3,703 nt of DNA from Naegleria gruberi (lineage: Eukaryota): the NCBI GenBank assembly GCA_000004985.1, contig GG739214.1; one strand, written 5' to 3'. Below the pieces are notes generated by a model that saw only the letters and a program-made list of their open reading frames with translations, was not told the DNA's origin and ran no database searches. The position numbers and the translations under genes are program-made. Shown here piece after piece: positions 1 through 3,703 of this stretch. How positions within the stretch are numbered: the stretch's first letter is position 1; each line of letters opens with the position of its first letter.

Positions 1-865
1 ATACTTCATCTTACGTTTCTTCTGATTGTGTTGTTCGATTGTTGATCCCCTTGTTTTGTTAATTGTACTCTAGAGTTTCTTTTTAAAGGAAAGAGAATTT
101 GTACGAAAGTGCGAGCGAGGGTCTTTTGGAAAATGTACTCGTACTTTGTCAATAAGTTAGATGTCATCCATTTGTTCAATTGTTAGTTGGTTATACTGTT
201 TATACTTGCAAGTAATCAATCCTTCTGTTGTAAACCAATTTAAACAAGTCGATTTCATTTTACAAACAATCTAAATTAGCAACTGATTGAGAGAGTAAGG
301 AAAGAAGTTTAAGTCATGGGAAGCTAGTGTCTATAATCCACTGTATGGGCTCATTAGCAATCAATTCGCAAGTTATTGAAGAGTGATCACCATTTACAAA
401 ATCAAAGTTTCAATTGGATTTGCATCTAATTATTCATTGAAAACAAAACATGAGAAAAACAAGTCATAATATGGTCTTTTAGTTGGTAAATATTTCCTAG
501 CTCAAATTGTAATTAATATTGTTGGCACACTCACTTCAGAGCTAGATCACCCTGGCTGGTGGTTTGATGGGATTGAGTAGGATTTTTGGCTGCAATCTTG
601 TCCTCACTTTGGGTGCCTTAATTTATCATGTGGCCAACTATTAGATGATAAATTAGAACAAGGATTTAGAAGGAGTGTAATAAATTGTAAAGTGTTTATC
701 AATAATTTGAAAATAATACTAAACAATGTTTTGAATTATCATAACAGCTGCTGTTGTCTTGATGGTGCAATTTCGATTTTTCGTCCAATTAGTTTGCAAT
801 AGTTTCCAAAAATAAAAAGAGATTGTTCCAAACACGAATGACATTGTTTTCACATGTCATGTGAT

Positions 866-2510
866 NNNNNNNNNNNNNNNNNNNNNNNNNNNNNNNNNNN
901 NNNNNNNNNNNNNNNNNNNNNNNNNNNNNNNNNNNNNNNNNNNNNNNNNNNNNNNNNNNNNNNNNNNNNNNNNNNNNNNNNNNNNNNNNNNNNNNNNNNN
1001 NNNNNNNNNNNNNNNNNNNNNNNNNNNNNNNNNNNNNNNNNNNNNNNNNNNNNNNNNNNNNNNNNNNNNNNNNNNNNNNNNNNNNNNNNNNNNNNNNNNN
1101 NNNNNNNNNNNNNNNNNNNNNNNNNNNNNNNNNNNNNNNNNNNNNNNNNNNNNNNNNNNNNNNNNNNNNNNNNNNNNNNNNNNNNNNNNNNNNNNNNNNN
1201 NNNNNNNNNNNNNNNNNNNNNNNNNNNNNNNNNNNNNNNNNNNNNNNNNNNNNNNNNNNNNNNNNNNNNNNNNNNNNNNNNNNNNNNNNNNNNNNNNNNN
1301 NNNNNNNNNNNNNNNNNNNNNNNNNNNNNNNNNNNNNNNNNNNNNNNNNNNNNNNNNNNNNNNNNNNNNNNNNNNNNNNNNNNNNNNNNNNNNNNNNNNN
1401 NNNNNNNNNNNNNNNNNNNNNNNNNNNNNNNNNNNNNNNNNNNNNNNNNNNNNNNNNNNNNNNNNNNNNNNNNNNNNNNNNNNNNNNNNNNNNNNNNNNN
1501 NNNNNNNNNNNNNNNNNNNNNNNNNNNNNNNNNNNNNNNNNNNNNNNNNNNNNNNNNNNNNNNNNNNNNNNNNNNNNNNNNNNNNNNNNNNNNNNNNNNN
1601 NNNNNNNNNNNNNNNNNNNNNNNNNNNNNNNNNNNNNNNNNNNNNNNNNNNNNNNNNNNNNNNNNNNNNNNNNNNNNNNNNNNNNNNNNNNNNNNNNNNN
1701 NNNNNNNNNNNNNNNNNNNNNNNNNNNNNNNNNNNNNNNNNNNNNNNNNNNNNNNNNNNNNNNNNNNNNNNNNNNNNNNNNNNNNNNNNNNNNNNNNNNN
1801 NNNNNNNNNNNNNNNNNNNNNNNNNNNNNNNNNNNNNNNNNNNNNNNNNNNNNNNNNNNNNNNNNNNNNNNNNNNNNNNNNNNNNNNNNNNNNNNNNNNN
1901 NNNNNNNNNNNNNNNNNNNNNNNNNNNNNNNNNNNNNNNNNNNNNNNNNNNNNNNNNNNNNNNNNNNNNNNNNNNNNNNNNNNNNNNNNNNNNNNNNNNN
2001 NNNNNNNNNNNNNNNNNNNNNNNNNNNNNNNNNNNNNNNNNNNNNNNNNNNNNNNNNNNNNNNNNNNNNNNNNNNNNNNNNNNNNNNNNNNNNNNNNNNN
2101 NNNNNNNNNNNNNNNNNNNNNNNNNNNNNNNNNNNNNNNNNNNNNNNNNNNNNNNNNNNNNNNNNNNNNNNNNNNNNNNNNNNNNNNNNNNNNNNNNNNN
2201 NNNNNNNNNNNNNNNNNNNNNNNNNNNNNNNNNNNNNNNNNNNNNNNNNNNNNNNNNNNNNNNNNNNNNNNNNNNNNNNNNNNNNNNNNNNNNNNNNNNN
2301 NNNNNNNNNNNNNNNNNNNNNNNNNNNNNNNNNNNNNNNNNNNNNNNNNNNNNNNNNNNNNNNNNNNNNNNNNNNNNNNNNNNNNNNNNNNNNNNNNNNN
2401 NNNNNNNNNNNNNNNNNNNNNNNNNNNNNNNNNNNNNNNNNNNNNNNNNNNNNNNNNNNNNNNNNNNNNNNNNNNNNNNNNNNNNNNNNNNNNNNNNNNN
2501 NNNNNNNNNN
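866..2510. other. Assembly gap, a run of 1645 N. No sequence information.
   Basis: Seen directly: uninterrupted n from 866 to 2510, between ...catgtcatgtgat (to 865) and aatagtttattgg... (from 2511). Confidence 0.99.
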
Positions 2511-2795
2511 AATAGTTTATTGGAACGGAAGTTTCTATAAATGTTTTTGTGTTAGCAAATATAAGCACTCAAATTGGAGATCAATCTAAGTTTTTGGAAG
2601 GGACAGTATCTGGATCTAAAGTTCATGTCCAGCGTGTTTGTTTCAACAATCGATCAAATATCAAGCAAGTTTTGAGATAATTCTGGTTTTCAGCATCATA
2701 AAAATCCTTTCCTCTTTCATACGATGTGAACAATGACACTAGTTGCAAGGAAACAACGAATATACTGGAAATTCTTGAGAAAAAGTTAATAAGAT

Positions 2796-2801
2796 TTTAT
2801 T
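2796..2801 (-). promoter_or_regulatory. Candidate polyadenylation signal AATAAA for the minus-strand gene. Plus-strand tttatt at 2796..2801, 12 nt 3' of the TAA stop.
   Basis: Plus-strand 'gattttattac' at 2793..2803. Its reverse complement gives AATAAA on the coding strand, starting 12 nt after the stop codon at 2815..2813. The hexamer is common by chance in AT-rich DNA, so only the position supports the call. Confidence 0.3.
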
Positions 2802-2812
2802 ACTTTTTAAAC

Positions 2813-3700
2813 TTATCCATGGTAACCTCTTTCATAGCTAATAGTGACACAATTTCTCAAGTACTTTGCAATGGACGATTCATCTTTGAGATTTCTCACT
2901 CCAACATATTCGAAATATTGTTGGAAAGTTGAAACCTGTTGAATTCTGAAAATTTCTCTCTGCAAGACATCTTCCAACAAGTCGCCACTTTTAGTTCTTG
3001 GAGGACATCCATAGTTGGTATCATACAACCTTCCAAACTCTTCCAATGATAGATTACTATATTGTTCCACAATATTTCTCAAAAAGAAAACATGAAACAT
3101 GATTAATTTACACGAAACTTTGTTGGCTTCCCATGATTTTTCACATCTTTCAGAGTCTGATTCGTTCAATCTGGATAATTGAGGATACATCTTGATTACC
3201 CAAAGAGCATTTCTGATAGAAGTTTCCTCAACGATGGATTTCTTTACAGAGCTCCAGGTTAGTTTGCTTTCGCCTAAAATTGAAAGTTTTGGAAGAAATT
3301 CACCAAGATTTGGACAAGAAGATTTCAATCTCTCCTTTTCTGTGTTGTTAAATTGATTAACTTGATGCTCGAAACGTTTAACAATTCTAGGAAACTTTTC
3401 ACTTAAATAAATTAACCATCTATGGAAATACATATAACCATACAATGCCTTAATTGAGGCATGAGTATTACCCTTCATGATTTCAACGACCATAGAATTC
3501 ATCAGCTTACACATGAGATCTGCATAAACGACCCAATTATCAAAATTTGGTTTCTCACAATGATTGTAAACTGTTGGATGAGAATTGTAAATTTCTTGAA
3601 TTGACTTTTTCAATCTCTCAAAATTTCCATGTTTTCTATTAATGTAAATTGGAATCCAATGTGTGAATGTTGATCCCCAAACACTCTTTCTGACTCTCTC
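2813..3700 (-). CDS. Partial protein-coding region, probably the 3'-terminal exon of a eukaryotic gene, product unknown. Uncharacterised K/N/S/E-rich protein with 7 Cys, stop TAA at 2815..2813. The 5' end is undefined and the upstream coding sequence lies outside the window.
   Basis: An open frame of about 296 codons on the minus strand is very unlikely by chance in DNA this AT-rich, because the stop codons are AT-rich. I translated 3614..3700 by hand. It stays open in the same frame as the tracked ORF: ...ERVRKSVWGSTFTHWIPIYINRKHGNFERL then KKSIQEIY.... The first in-frame stop upstream is TGA at 3703..3701, the last three bases of the window. The M at the start of the tracked ORF is actually TTG at 3613..3611, so that start is an ORF-caller convention. 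The first in-frame ATG is at 3514..3512. The coding stretch is GC-richer than the flanks. Confidence 0.75.
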   Translation of the reverse strand, partial: ERVRKSVWGSTFTHWIPIYINRKHGNFERLKKSIQEIYNSHPTVYNHCEKPNFDNWVVYADLMCKLMNSMVVEIMKGNTHASIKALYGYMYFHRWLIYLSEKFPRIVKRFEHQVNQFNNTEKERLKSSCPNLGEFLPKLSILGESKLTWSSVKKSIVEETSIRNALWVIKMYPQLSRLNESDSERCEKSWEANKVSCKLIMFHVFFLRNIVEQYSNLSLEEFGRLYDTNYGCPPRTKSGDLLEDVLQREIFRIQQVSTFQQYFEYVGVRNLKDESSIAKYLRNCVTISYERGYHG

Positions 3701-3703
3701 TCA

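Noticed and set aside
497-549. 7-bp inverted repeat 'ctagctc' (498..504) / 'gagctag' (540..546) with a 35-nt spacer
   Set aside because: The arms are too short and the loop too long to argue for a functional hairpin. It is likely chance.
836-865. Small inverted repeat 'atgacat'...'atgtcat' (7-nt arms, 9-nt spacer) abutting the left gap edge
   Set aside because: Seven-nt palindromic arms occur frequently by chance in AT-rich DNA. It sits exactly at the gap boundary, where assembly ends are least reliable. There is no flanking terminator-like T-run logic in a eukaryotic context.
823-2556. Weak inverted similarity between the two gap flanks (left 'aacacgaatgacatt' vs reverse complement of right 'aatgtttttgtgtt' = 'aacacaaaaacatt'), considered as possible TIRs of an element spanning the gap
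   Set aside because: Only about 12 of 15 positions match, with an indel, and both arms are low-complexity A/T-rich. I see no target-site duplication. This is chance-level by my estimate.
850-2568. Three tracked ORFs of 553-572 aa (850..2568 -, 854..2515 +, 861..2540 +)
   Set aside because: They consist almost entirely of X, translated from the N run 866..2510. Only a handful of real residues at each end (MSCD..., ...NSLLERKFL, MLIFANTKTFIETSVPINY...SHDM) come from actual sequence. They are not evidence of any gene.
2681-2692. Nematode-like 3' splice acceptor heptamer 'ttttcag' on the plus strand
   Set aside because: All three downstream frames hit stops within 14 codons or fewer. The heptamer is expected frequently in AT-rich sequence, and there is no supporting exon.
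2726-2932. Plus-strand 68-aa ORF (MNNDTSCKETTNILEILEKK...)
   Set aside because: It starts at a GTG in the likely 3' UTR or intergenic region and runs antisense into the 3' end of the much longer minus-strand CDS. It is short, low-complexity and of a size common by chance opposite a real CDS. There is no independent support.
3611-3613. TTG 'start codon' and the 266-aa MKKSIQ... protein boundary from the ORF track
   Set aside because: The frame is open for 29 codons upstream with no stop until the window edge. There is no properly spaced ribosome-binding-site-like purine run, and the overall context looks eukaryotic. I treat the TTG as an internal Leu codon.
39-3678. Shared 11-mer 'tgttgatcccc' at 39..50 and 3668..3678
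   Set aside because: A single 11-mer match between two regions of about 2 kb is about what is expected by chance. There is no extended similarity around it.

Overview
Almost half of the window (866..2510, 1645 nt) is a run of N, which I read as a scaffold gap, so only 1..865 and 2511..3703 can be interpreted. The readable sequence is AT-rich. My hand count of single 60-nt lines gives roughly 20-25% GC in the flanks and about 30% GC in the one coding stretch. The 865-nt left flank has no long ORF on either strand. I take this to be a eukaryotic draft-assembly fragment rather than a dense prokaryotic locus. The one well-supported feature is a long minus-strand open reading frame, 2813..3700. 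It ends in TAA at 2815..2813 and runs without a stop to the right edge of the window, which points to the 3'-terminal coding exon of a gene whose 5' part lies beyond 3703. I cannot assign its product to a family from the sequence alone. A canonical AATAAA lies 12 nt downstream of the stop on the coding strand. The three ORFs of about 550-570 aa in the ORF track (850..2568 -, 854..2515 +, 861..2540 +) are artefacts of translating the N run. I see no CRISPR array, RNA gene, recognisable mobile element or defence-type gene cluster in the readable sequence, and I cannot support a claim of a novel system here.
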